A stretch of DNA of 63,046 nucleotides, filler included, from Octopus bimaculoides (lineage: Eukaryota): the NCBI RefSeq assembly GCF_001194135.2. It is 4 parts of 4 records of this genome, joined end to end, with 100 filler letters (N's around TTAATTAATTAA, not from the genome) between each part and the next. Parts side by side here need not be neighbours in the genome. Positions count along the whole stretch, not along the records: positions 26,348 to 55,467 come from NC_069002.1; positions 55,568 to 61,011 come from NC_069009.1; positions 61,112 to 63,046 come from NW_026398839.1; 1 more part is not named here. One strand, written 5' to 3'. The stretch's first letter is position 1. Each line of letters opens with the position of its first letter. Of the stretch, positions 52,168 to 62,758 are shown one piece after another. The position numbers and the translations under genes were made by a program. Under the pieces are notes generated by a model, which had not been told where the DNA came from, did not search any database, and was given only the letters and a program-made list of their open reading frames with translations.

Positions 52168-52300
52168 ATCCTTTCTACTATAGGCACGAGGTCTGTAATT
52201 TTTTTGGCGGGGGACAGTCGATTAGATCAACCCCAGTACACAACTGGTACTTATTTTATCGACTCCGAAAGGATGAAAGGCAAAGTCGACCTCGGTGGAA
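52168..52300 (-). mobile_element. SINE family A, 3' part, between (TAA)n tracts
   Basis: aatcctttctactataggcac...gaaaggatgaaaggcaaagtcgacctcggtggaa. Confidence 0.8.
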
Positions 52301-52305
52301 TAATG

Positions 52306-52329
<24 letters not shown>

Positions 52330-52341
<12 letters not shown>

Positions 52342-54100
52342 TCAACATCAAATGAGGCATCTTTCAAGGTGACTCCCTCTCCCCATTACTCTTTTGCATG
52401 GCACTGATCTCACTCTCAAACGAACTAAATAACACTAGGTATGGGTTAAAAGTTTACAATACGACAATAAACCATCTATTTTATATGGACGGTCTGAAGC
52501 TGTTGGTTAGAAATGACGAAGAGCTAGTAGGGTTGCTAACAACTGTTAAAGAATTCAGTAAGAAGAAAGCTCAGACGAACAGTTTCCATTAAATTAGATA
52601 CTGACATTACCATTAAGGAGCTTGACCCACAAGAAAATTACAAATACCCGCGGATAAACGAAGGAGATGGTATAAAACATGCTACTATGATGGAAAAAAA
52701 TAAGAAAAGAATATTATAGGAGAATAAGACTCATACTAAAAACTGAACTCAACTCTAAAAATCGCATCGAAGCCATTAACACCCTGGAACTTCCAGTTGC
52801 CCAATACAAATTTAACATCAATAACTGGAATCTTGCAGAGCGCCAACGCCTGGACAGGAAAGCAAGATGTTCTACGAACATACACCACCCAAAAGCAGAT
52901 GTTGATCGCCTGTACCTACCAAGAAGTAATGGGGGAAGAGGAACGATGCAGGTAGAACTGTGTTATAAGACCTCCACAATAGCAGTGAACAGGTACTTGT
53001 CTAGTAGAGAGGACTGGACGCTGCGGCTTGTGTGCAAACACGAAAGTAGCAAAAAATCACATTCTATTGTCAAGGAAGCTTGCAAATTCGCCAGGAGACT
53101 TGGCATTAACCCTTAAATAGTTGAACTTGAAACCACTGCCACATAACAAGCAAAATGGATCAAGCAGACTGCAAAAAAGAACGGGCAGAAACAAATTGAG
53201 GAGCGATGGAGCCAAAAGCCTCTGCATGGATAGTATATACTTTGAAATCGAAATGCTGATATAGATCAAGCAACAACCCATCAGTGGTTGAGAAGTTCAG
53301 GACTGAAAGCAGAGACTGAAGGTTTCATATTGGCGGCACAAGACCAAATCTCGCTCACAAAAAACTACCAGGTTAACGTTCTTCAAAACGGTTGTGACCT
53401 TAAATGTAGATTCTGCGTCACACTTGGCGAAACAATAGACCATTTCGTCTCGGGATGTCCTGTGCTGACGCCAAACGAATACAAAAATCGCAACGATAGG
53501 GTAGGATAGTATTTACATTGGAAAACATGTAAACACTACCAATATAAACACTCCTGCTTACTGGAATGACCATCGTCCTTAGCCAATGGTTGAAGGTAAA
53601 AATGTCACCATCCTCTGGGATTTTCCAGTCAACACCGACAGAACGATCCAGGTTAATCGACCAGACATAATAATCATTAAAGACAAGGAAGAATATACTT
53701 GTAGACTAATAAATGTAAGTGTTCCCACTGATAAAAATATATCTGTAAAGGAATTTGACGAATTAAGTAAATATAAAGACCTGGAAATTGAAATACAAAA
53801 GATGTGGCATCTTAAAGCGAGAACTGTTCTTGTTATTGCAGGTGCCCTAGGTATTATAAAAAGGGGATGTCAGAAACATCTAGATAAGATCCCAGGAGAA
53901 TCATGTCTCAGAGAAAACCAAAAGATTGTACTGACGAGTACTGCCAACATCTTTAGAAAAAGCCTATCCATTTAAATGTCTGTGTTGTATTACATGAAGA
54001 TATTTTGCTACTTCTCCTCTCAAAGCTTTCAGTCGCAATGCAACATCTCTTATCCTTCACTCGCCCCAGGACGCTGGGTGTGTCTCGGCAAGTGACTGTA
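52330..54100 (+). pseudogene. R4/Dong-clade non-LTR retrotransposon, 5'-truncated, RT to restriction-like endonuclease
   Basis: GIFQGDSLSPLLFCMAL, INHLFYMDG, CRFC...ETIDHFVSGC, ILWDFPVNTDRTIQVNRPDII, KYKDL...GALG; begins directly after (AAT)n; stops and frameshifts present. Confidence 0.92.
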
Positions 54101-54329
54101 ACAAAATGATTCATTCCGAGCTGTGGCCGTTTAATTTTACTAGCGAACAAATGTCCCAGTACATTGTAGTGATCAGGCCTTTTAAGGCGAGATCGAAACC
54201 GGCTGCTCTTACTACAACTGATCCGATTCACATACCCCAACCAAATCTATTCCCAGACTCTTTAACATCACATGGGTTGGAGATTGATGTGGATAAATCT
54301 AGTAGGGATTACACAAGTTTTCACATCTC

Positions 54330-54850
54330 TGATAATCGTAACGACAACAAACGCGAACATTTTCGCCACCATCTTTGCCTTACAATATGGAGAGTAAAAT
54401 GGTTGTAAATATTGAAGAAAAATAAGAAATTGTACAATTATAAAACCAAAACCAATCCCTATTAAAGAAGGAATATTCCACGGAGGAATATTCCGCATAC
54501 TTTTTCTTTCTTCTTTTTGTACCGATGTCGATATTCTAAACCAGATTGGACATATTTTCAAAATGCCATCGAGGAACAATGAGCTATCTGTTTTATATGG
54601 ATGACGTCAGACAGTTTGCAGCAAATAACGGAAAACTCGATATTTTGTTATAATGAACTGATTCTGAAACGGAATTGGTATAAAATTATGTTTAGAAGAA
54701 TGCACCGAGGTCACAGTGAAGGGAGAGAAAACCAATAAAAGCCACTGATATTATGTCAGATAAAGAAACAAAGCGTAGAAAACAGACTTAGAAATACTTA
54801 TTAATCAATGAACTAGAACAGAATGTTAGAAACAAAGGAATGATGAGTTT
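54330..54850 (+). pseudogene. Second, more decayed R4/Dong RT fragment
   Basis: KPIPIKEGIFHG and YLFYMDDVRQFA blocks. Confidence 0.6.
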
Positions 54851-55022
54851 TAACCCTTTTGTTATATTTCTGTTGAAATATACTGCCGTTTTATCAATTA
54901 ATTTGGTAAAACAAAGAACTTAGTGAAGTAAGTTTGTCATAATAATCTGCTTTCTCGAACAAAAATTACTACTGACTTTTGATTAAAAGTTTTAATTTAC
55001 ATCATTTTAAAAGAAGAATCTC
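54850..55022. mobile_element. Partial piggyBac-type MITE
   Basis: Starts TTAA|CCCTTTTGTTA; the second end was not found. Confidence 0.4.
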
Positions 55023-55029
55023 CCTGAGA

Positions 55030-55150
55030 ATTACGTTATGTACACGTGTCTGTGAAGTGCTCAGCTATTTGCACGTTAATTTCACGAGCAGGTTGTTCCA
55101 TTGATCGGATCCACTGGAACCCTGGTCGTTCTAACCAACGGAATGCCAAT
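55030..55150 (+). mobile_element. SINE tail fragment (family D/C tail)
   Basis: tacacgtgtctgtgaagtgctcagc...cacgttaatttcacgagcagg...ggaatgcca is the reverse of the tail at 36610-36740. Confidence 0.7.
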
Positions 55151-55427
55151 TTGCCTTCCAATTAGGCTTTCAAGTTATCTATCGCAAAGGACTGGATTTT
55201 CCTGCTCTTTCTAAAGACTTGGTTTCCAGCATTTTATCTTTAGCAACTTGGCTTCCCTTACTCCCCGGTTACTCTCAATGTATGGGGTGACCCGACGCTG
55301 TATAAAATGACACTGATCCAAATGTGTCGGGCTGTGAAATCGATCCCGAGACCTAGTTGATACGAGACAATCTAATGTTCTTATCTTTTCGATCGTATTA
55401 CTCCAACCTTCTCCGACACGACAAGTG

Positions 55428-55467
<40 letters not shown>

Positions 55468-55567
55468 NNNNNNNNNNNNNNNNNNNNNNNNNNNNNNNNN
55501 NNNNNNNNNNNTTAATTAATTAANNNNNNNNNNNNNNNNNNNNNNNNNNNNNNNNNNNNNNNNNNNN

Positions 55568-55695
55568 GGACTTATTCTTTAGAAGCCTAGTACTTATTCT
55601 ATTGGTCTCTTTTGCCGAACCGCTAAGTTACGGGGACATAAACACACCAGCATCGGTTGTTAAGCGATGTTGGGTGGACAAACACAGACACACAA

Positions 55696-55732
<37 letters not shown>

Positions 55733-55900
55733 CACATATACGACGGGCTTCTTTCAGTTTCCATCTACCAAATCCACTCACAAGGCTTTGGTCGGCTCGA
55801 GGCTATAGTAGAAGACACTTGCCCAAGATGCCACGCAGTGGGACTGAACCCGGGACCATGTGGTTGGTAAGCAAGCTACTTACCACACAGCCACTCCTAT
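55568..55900 (-). mobile_element. SINE family B, young, cut by a gap
   Basis: Near-identical to 45885-46205. Confidence 0.9.
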
Positions 55901-55935
55901 ATATATTTTTTTGTATTTATGTGCTCTCTGAGTGC

Positions 55936-55988
55936 ATTCCACTGATGAAGGCAGAGCATTTCTTATGTGGAGCCAGAAATTCTGGGAT
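55936..55988 (+). ncRNA. Hammerhead-like motif (minimal)
   Basis: AUUCCA-CUGAUGA-A-GGC...GCC-A-GAAA-UUC-UGGGAU: 6-bp stem I, short stem II, almost no helix III. Confidence 0.4.
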
Positions 55989-56179
55989 CTGTTTTCCATG
56001 TTGACGTTAAGCCCACGTCTGATCTTATATTGAAATCTTCTACGTTCCCTATGTCAACTATTACCCATCAAGATGTTATATTTGGTTTGGCAGAGATTTT
56101 ACCTGGCTAAAGCCATCGTTATGGGAATTTCCATTCAAATGCCCAATTGAGCTCACAAAAATCTATGCCAACTGAGAAT

Positions 56180-56336
56180 TATCAAGTTTTCAAAAAATTC
56201 CAGACTTATTTGAACTTCAGGGCATGTGATCTAGCTATGTGCCAAAAATCATTAAAATCAGTTGAACGGTGTGGGAGGAGTTAGAGTAACCCTGAACACT
56301 CTCACAGACACCATTACACATTTATGTATATAGATA
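56180..56336 (+). mobile_element. Possible non-autonomous Helitron-type 3' end (Lep1-like layout)
   Basis: aaaatcagttgaacggtgtgggaggagtt...cacagacac...atttatgtatatagat pattern; resemblance only. Confidence 0.3.
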
Positions 56337-56360
56337 TAAATACATATATATATATATCTT

Positions 56361-56692
56361 TACGGAGATGCACTTGCATAGCAAGTGACCTGATCTGAGA
56401 TCGTGTGCTGGAACGAAAACAATTGCAGCGTGGAAGGTGTTTATAAGCCATTTAAAATAACACACAAAATCCGTTAGATTCACTTCAACATTTAAATTTA
56501 ATTTGTCAAAATATTTTCGTCGGTTTGAGACCGCTACCTGTTCACAGCACAGAATTTTGTCAGTGAACAGGTCGCGGTCTCAAAGCGACGAAAATATTTT
56601 GACAAATTAAATTTAAATGTTGAAGTGAATCTAACGGATTTTGTGTGTTATTTTAAATGGCTTATAAACACCTTCCACGCTGCAATTGTTTT
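56361..56692. mobile_element. Foldback element: 277-bp hairpin (130-bp arms, 2 mismatches) with an unpaired 55-bp head carrying a small stem-loop
   Basis: Arms 56416-56545 and 56563-56692; cacttgc-ata-gcaagtg at 56371-56387; inserted in (TA)n. Confidence 0.85.
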
Positions 56693-56709
56693 ATATATAT
56701 TTATATATA

Positions 56710-56890
56710 GTTGAAATTCATGGAAAAACAAAAGACGAAGACAGCTGTATGAACAACAAGCAGCTGCACTAGTTTGATGCTCAGGAAAATAAAAAAGTCT
56801 TTTACGTTTCGAGCCTATGCTCTTCAACAGAAAGGAATAAGAGAAAATAAACAGAGAGAGAATAAAAAAACTTGTAGATTTAGTGGTCAA
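56710..56890 (-). mobile_element. PLE-type non-coding repeat carrying a variant hammerhead (copy 2)
   Basis: Minus strand CUUU-CUGUUGA-A-GAGC-AUAG-GCUC-GAAAC-GUA-AAAG at 56799-56834; homologous to 25975-26150. Confidence 0.65.
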
Positions 56891-56919
56891 GCATGGTGAT
56901 TATATATACATGAAGGACT

Positions 56920-57070
56920 TCCTCACAGTTTCCATTTATCAAATCTTCTCACATGTCAGTGTTTGGCCCAGGTCTATAGTAGAAGACACTTGTCCATGCT
57001 GTGCTTCAGTGGGACTGAACCTGAAACCATGAGGTTGCAAACTGAGCAGCTTAACTATACATCCATGTCT
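56920..57070 (-). mobile_element. SINE family B, 5' part, degenerate
   Basis: cagtttccatttatcaaatc...tatagtagaagacacttgtcc...gtgggactgaacctgaaaccatg. Confidence 0.7.
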
Positions 57071-57715
57071 GCACCTAAATATATTTCTTTAATATATTTA
57101 TTTTATGCATTTCTTCACTCTTCTTCGTTAGTTACCATTAATCTTAATCTGTTAGTGTGTTATAAAACTCTGGTGGTTTTCATTTTTTATTTAGATGTCA
57201 GCTCGTTATCAGACCATTTGTTCATTTGTCTCCTGATTAGTTTAAATAATGAATAATTTTCTTTATATATTCAAATGTTGAAATTCTTTTTACTTTTCGC
57301 TTCAAACATTTTTTCTTGTAATTTAACAAACTTTGCAGTCTGATGTCTGCAATGAAATATAGATTATTATTATTATCTTAATGGAACTTTTGCATAAGTA
57401 TATCATGTATGCTAGTGTGACATGTGCTACTACAAACCACTCCAAAATAATTTGTTATGGGTTTTAAAACAGAAAAGGTGTAGTTTCAAGTAAAATGACA
57501 ATTATAAAAAAGGGGATGCAAAAGAAATATGTAAACTGGATTTATTAACTGAATTACTTTAAAGAGGGGACAATTTGTGCACTTGTACTGTGGATTTCCA
57601 CTCGTACTTTAAGACAAAAATTCATACAAGTCTCGGCTCTTACAGCAAATTGCTTGTACAATGGTGCACTCGTACTGCAAGATTCTACTGTGTATAAATA
57701 TATATATATATATAT

Positions 57716-57953
57716 ATTTATATAAGGGCATTACTATACACAAATGCCTCACGTTAAGTGGGACTCTAAAGTCAAACTACCATAATAAACACATTTTTAC
57801 TGAACGCGAGAGAATGCAACCCTCCAAGTTTGGGGGCTAGCTTTGAGAGTTGCATTCCCTCGTGTTTGGTAAAAATGTGTTTATTATGGTAGTTTGACTT
57901 TAAAGTCCGTTTTAGCGTGAGGCATTTATGTATAGTAATGCCCTTATATAAAT
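57716..57953. mobile_element. 238-bp foldback MITE in (TA)n
   Basis: tataagggcattactatac...gaatgcaac / gttgcattc...gtatagtaatgcccttata; ~105-bp arms without indels. Confidence 0.85.
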
Positions 57954-58476
57954 AAAAATATATATATATGCCCCCTACCTCTCTCTCCTCTCCTTCCACA
58001 TGACCGGTGTTCTGCCAAGCCTGACTTTTCTTTCTTGGTTCAACTACCATCCATGTAGCATCTCTTATATTCCTTCCCATGACTTTCATTTCTTATGTTC
58101 CTGCCATAAGGCTTCACCCAACACACACCAGCATAATTTAATTCGTCCTTAATCAAAAGACACCAGTTATTAATGTCCTGTTGTTTGTATTTGTAATTGT
58201 GTACCATTTCTCCGTTTTTTTCATCCTTGTCTTCGTATCTATTCTCTTGCTTTCTTCCAAGGAGTCTAGTGCTCTTAGCTTAAATTTTCTTGGGGCCTGC
58301 CAGATTGGAGTAGTCTTGAGTGTAACTGGCCGAAATTGCAAAGATGATCTGGAACTCGACTGAGGACAGAAAGTTCCATATGAAGTGTCCTTGTTTTTTT
58401 CTGTCCTTTTTTGTATCCCCGACTGTCCGAATGTTTTGTTGTTGCCTGTTATGTTCTTGTTCCATTTTTTGTTTTC

Positions 58477-58518
<42 letters not shown>

Positions 58519-58557
58519 TATTACTCGGTCATAATGTCTTACGTTTAAGATGATTCC

Positions 58558-58656
58558 CATGCTTTCCCTGATGAGAAGGTTACAATTTTAATATCACAGA
58601 TCCCTATGGATCACATAGGTTGTAATCCTTTGAAACATATGTAGGAATAAAGTATG
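58558..58656 (+). ncRNA. Type I hammerhead ribozyme candidate with intact core
   Basis: CAUGCUUUCC-CUGAUGA(58568-74)-GAAGGUUACAA...UUGUAAUCCUUU-GAAA(58632-35)-CAUAUGU-A-GGAAUAAAGUAUG; predicted cleavage after GUA at 58643. Confidence 0.7.
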
Positions 58657-58879
58657 CAATTATAACATGCATTTTCTCCATTCCTTAAATTTTTAAATAT
58701 ACTCAAATACCCAAAATTTCAAGGAGTTCCTGCCTTAAAAACAGGAACAACACCAAAGTTATTTTGTGTTCTTTGCTACATTGGTTTCTATTAACCCATT
58801 TATTCTATCCGAAGAATTATTATTCATTAAGATAGAAGAAATACATATAATTAAATATATTTATATATATATATGTCCC

Positions 58880-59150
58880 ACCCATGCCAGCATGGAAGGT
58901 GGATGTTAAATGATGATGATAATGATGATATATAATATACCACTTGGTAATTGGTGTTGGTTTGTTTATGTCCTCATAACTTAGCAGTTTGGCAGGCATG
59001 ATCAGTAGAATAAGTACCAGACTTACAAAGAAAAACAGAAAATAAAACAATAAAATAAAGTAGAGGTTTCGATTTGTTTGACTAAACTTTTGAAGGAGTT
59101 ACTCCAGCATGACCACAGTCAGATGATTGAAACAAATAAAAGACTAAACA
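58880..59150 (-). mobile_element. SINE family B-related 3' part
   Basis: cataacttagcagtttggc...agaataagtaccag...ctccagcatgaccacagtcagatgattgaaacaaataaaaga. Confidence 0.6.
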
Positions 59151-59477
59151 ACAAAAGATTTAAACAAACACACAAACACACAAAAAGGATTCTTAGCCGT
59201 CTTTGAAACATTTCAATTCAATTTTGCATTCACAGTGTTTTCCACCATTTTCCCATTTATTAAACATCTTTATAAGGTATCGCATATAAAATGCATGGAT
59301 AGCGTTTCAAAGAACCCTTACCAAAATTCAAAGAATCGGAGAAGCTAAATTTGGTGTTTGATGGTGGAAAAAAAAGAAGACATTTTGGATTCCTTTCTTC
59401 AAGAAAATGTCTAAATCTTTCATCTCAAGAAAGATATCAGAAATATCTGAAATTATTATTATTATCATTAATAAGCA

Positions 59478-59630
59478 CGCTCATGACTTTGTGGTAAGAT
59501 GCTGGCTTCCTAATACCATGTTTCCATGTTCAATTCCACTGTATGGCACATCGGGCGAGTCTCTTTTATTATAACCCTGGGCTTACCAAAGTCTTGTGAG
59601 TTGATTTTGTTGGTAGAAACTGAAAGAATC
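59478..59630 (+). mobile_element. SINE family B, 5' part, degenerate
   Basis: tgtggtaagatgctggcttcctaataccatg...accaaagtcttgtgag...ggtagaaactgaaagaa. Confidence 0.65.
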
Positions 59631-59633
59631 ATG

Positions 59634-59671
<38 letters not shown>

Positions 59672-60316
59672 TTAGGGGAAATAACCAAGTTTCAAGAACT
59701 CATTGATGAAAATCCACTATCACATATAGAAAAATTNNNNNNNNNNNNNNNNNNNNNNNNNNNNNNNNNNNNNNNNNNNNNNNNNNNNNNNNNNNNNNNN
59801 NNNNNNNNNNNNNNNNNNNNNNNNNNNNNNNNNNNNNNNNNNNNNNNNNNNNNNNNNNNNNNNNNNNNNNNNNNNNNNNNNNNNNNNNNNNNNNNNNNNN
59901 NNNNNNNNNNNNNNNNNNNNNNNNNNNNNNNNNNNNNNNNNNNNNNNNNNNNNNNNNNNNNNNNNNNNNNNNNNNNNNNNNNNNNNNNNNNNNNNNNNNN
60001 NNNNNNNNNNNNNNNNNNNNNNNNNNNNNNNNNNNNNNNNNNNNNNNNNNNNNNNNNNNNNNNNNNNNNNNNNNNNNNNNNNNNNNNNNNNNNNNNNNNN
60101 NNNNNNNNNNNNNNNNNNNNNNNNNNNNNNNNNNNNNNNNNNNNNNNNNNNNNNNNNNNNNNNNNNNNNNNNNNNNNNNNNNNNNNNNNNNNNNNNNNNN
60201 NNNNNNNNNNNNNNNNNNNNNNNNNNNNNNNNNNNNNNNNNNNNNNNNNNNNNNNNNNNATAAAAGGAAAATAAGACAAGGTAGAAAATGCTAAAATAAT
60301 TTTATCTTCAAGAACA

Positions 60317-60360
60317 TTTTAGTACCGGTTTCAGTCCTTGCGACTTTTTCAACTTGAAAA
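60317..60360 (-). ncRNA. Decayed hammerhead-like motif downstream of a PLE GIY-YIG end
   Basis: UUGAAAA-AGUC[GCAAG]GACU-GAA-ACCGGU-A-CUAAAA; the core differs from CUGANGA at two positions. Confidence 0.45.
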
Positions 60361-60818
60361 ACAATTAAATTGTGGAAAAATTAAATGAAATGTTCCATAG
60401 TTTTCAAATACAAGGAACATTTTCCTTTTTTCTGCATCTCTCTCTCTCTCTCTTTTACTCTTTTTCTGCCCCCCCCACTCTCTCTCTCTCTCTTGTGAAG
60501 GCTTGGTAGTAGGTAGTAGGAGATATAAAAGAATATTTGATCTGAGGGATATGAATTTTTAGTTTTGATTGTTTTAGCAGCAGTAACCGAGGAAGGAGGT
60601 GGCAAAGAAGAAGAAGTGGGAGTAGGAAAAGAAGAGAAAGAATAAGAAAAATACAGCAGTGGTTTGACAGTAGTAGGATCTTGGTGGAAACCTCTTAAAT
60701 GGTCAAGTGACCTAAAAGTGACCCGTTGTAGTTGTAATAGTAGAGATTGGAATTGTTCTGAATAAATTCATGGGTAGTGACTGTTCTGAATATATCGTTT
60801 TTAATATATGCATGGGTA

Positions 60819-61010
60819 TTATTCTAAAGCCCTTATAATAGAGTCATTTGTGGTGGACGTATTAAAAAAAGGTTCATATTTTGTGATAAAATATGACTCC
60901 TTGCTAATGCGCTGATTATAGGTTGCATTGTCCCTGAATCTATAGAGGGAAAAAATTCTGAAGTTGGGTTGTTCGTTTGTGGCGCAAATGTTGATGTGTT
61001 TGCTGAATGC
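60819..61010 (-). pseudogene. PLE GIY-YIG C-terminal relic
   Basis: FSKHINICATNEQPNFRIFSLYRF...QRISKESYFITKYEPFFN; aligns by eye with 34349-34549. Confidence 0.7.
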
Positions 61011-61164
61011 TNNNNNNNNNNNNNNNNNNNNNNNNNNNNNNNNNNNNNNNNNNNNTTAATTAATTAANNNNNNNNNNNNNNNNNNNNNNNNNNNNNNNNN
61101 NNNNNNNNNNNATGTGCGTGTGTGTGTGTATAGGCATGTATGCAGAAATACATATACATTGGTT

Positions 61165-61300
61165 TCAAATTTTGGCACGAGTCCAGTAATTTCGGGAGAG
61201 TCCCTTACATCGACTTCAGTGTTTAAATGGTACTTATTTTATCGATTCCGCAAAGATGATAGGCAAAGTCGACATCGGCGGATTTGATCGCAAAACATAC
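61165..61300 (-). mobile_element. SINE family A, 3' part
   Basis: tggtttcaaattttggcacgag...tggtacttattttatcgattccgcaaagatgataggcaaagtcgacatcggcggatttga. Confidence 0.75.
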
Positions 61301-62699
61301 AGCCGTACAACGAAATAAATATATATTAAATATGCATTGTAATATGTGGACATATATTATATTGATGTGCGTATATAAGTACACATACATACACAGACAC
61401 ATATATGTGCGTATGTATCAACTTCCGTTAAATACTTTCTTTCAGTAATATGTGTGTGATAGACCAAAATATAATCAGTAATTTAATAACGAAAATCTTT
61501 AATTAGGTATTACTATTTGTAAAGGACTTAACAACAGTTCGAACACATCACGCCATTATGGATCAATCATAAGATACAAGTGACTAATTAGAAGGCAGAT
61601 TTTTCCCATTGTAGCACTACCATTTTTAGTTTGGACTTTTATTTTGCTTTTCTCTTTTTACCTTTTATATACCGATTCGAGTGTTCTGCGCGAAAATTTT
61701 TAAGTAGTGTAATATTTCACTACTGGACAAAAGTATTAATCTAATTGTCTGAGAAATCCTCCTGCGATATTATTTTTCTTTCTTATTTTCTCCTTTTTTT
61801 TTTTTTTCTTTAACATTATATTTGATTAAGAACTATGAAAATAGATTCACTAAATGTGATTTAGATTTTACCTGAATGCTTCATATCATTTCACTTTTTG
61901 GACAAATAATTATTTAGTTCGCAACAAACCTGTTCCCACTACACACACACACGTGTATGTGTGTGTGTGTNNNNNNNNNNNNNNNNNNNNNNNNNNNNNN
62001 NNNNNNNNNNNNNNNNNNNNNNNNNNNNNNNNNNNNNNNNNNNNNNNNNNNNNNNNNNNNNNNNNNNNNNNNNNNNNNNNNNNNNNNNNNNNNNNNNNNN
62101 NNNNNNNNNNNNNNNNNNNNNNNNNNNNNNNNNNNNNNNNNNNNNNNNNNNNNNNNNNNNNNNNNNNNNNNNNNNNNNNNNNNNNNNNNNNNNNNNNNNN
62201 NNNNNNNNNNNNNNNNNNNNNNNNNNNNNNNNNNNNNNNNNNNNNNNNNNNNNNNNNNNNNNNNNNNNNNNNNNNNNNNNNNNNNNNNNNNNNNNNNNNN
62301 NNNNNNNNNNNNNNNNNNNNNNNNNNNNNNNNNNNNNNNNNNNNNNNNNNNNNNNNNNNNNNNNNNNNNNNNNNNNNNNNTGGGTACAGCACGTCACAGA
62401 CTGTAAACAACATGGAATACGAAAACAAATGAGTTAAATATGCAAAGAACGAGAGAGAAATTGGAAAACAAGACAAGTAATACAAAGAATACATGGACCG
62501 GCCCTTCATCAGTTGTCGGCTGTCTGTCTTCTTCCCATTTCAATCGTTAAACGACAATATGAGTCTTCGAAGACAGTTGCTTCCATAAATAGCAAAATAA
62601 AATCTGGGATTTACGGAGGCTCAAAGTTAGGAACAAAACAGGACAGTGAAGGCATACAGGGAAACCAAGCGAAAACAAACATGGAGTATCGTTAGACCT

Positions 62700-62758
62700 G
62701 AACGAGGGGAAAATATTGAACGAGGGGAAAATATTGAACGAGGGGAAAATATTGAACG
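62700..62758. repeat. 18-bp tandem repeat, 3 perfect copies
   Basis: (gaacgaggggaaaatatt)x3 plus gaacg. Confidence 0.95.

Noticed and set aside
62506-62512. Other CTGATGA/CTGACGA heptamers (for example 3611, 6166, 12396, 37457, 62506)
   Set aside because: No matching GAAA, helix III or stem I in register, so they were not called hammerheads.
62700-62758. CRISPR-like appearance of short repeats (also 10661-10730)
   Set aside because: The repeats are directly adjacent with no spacers, and the context is eukaryotic.
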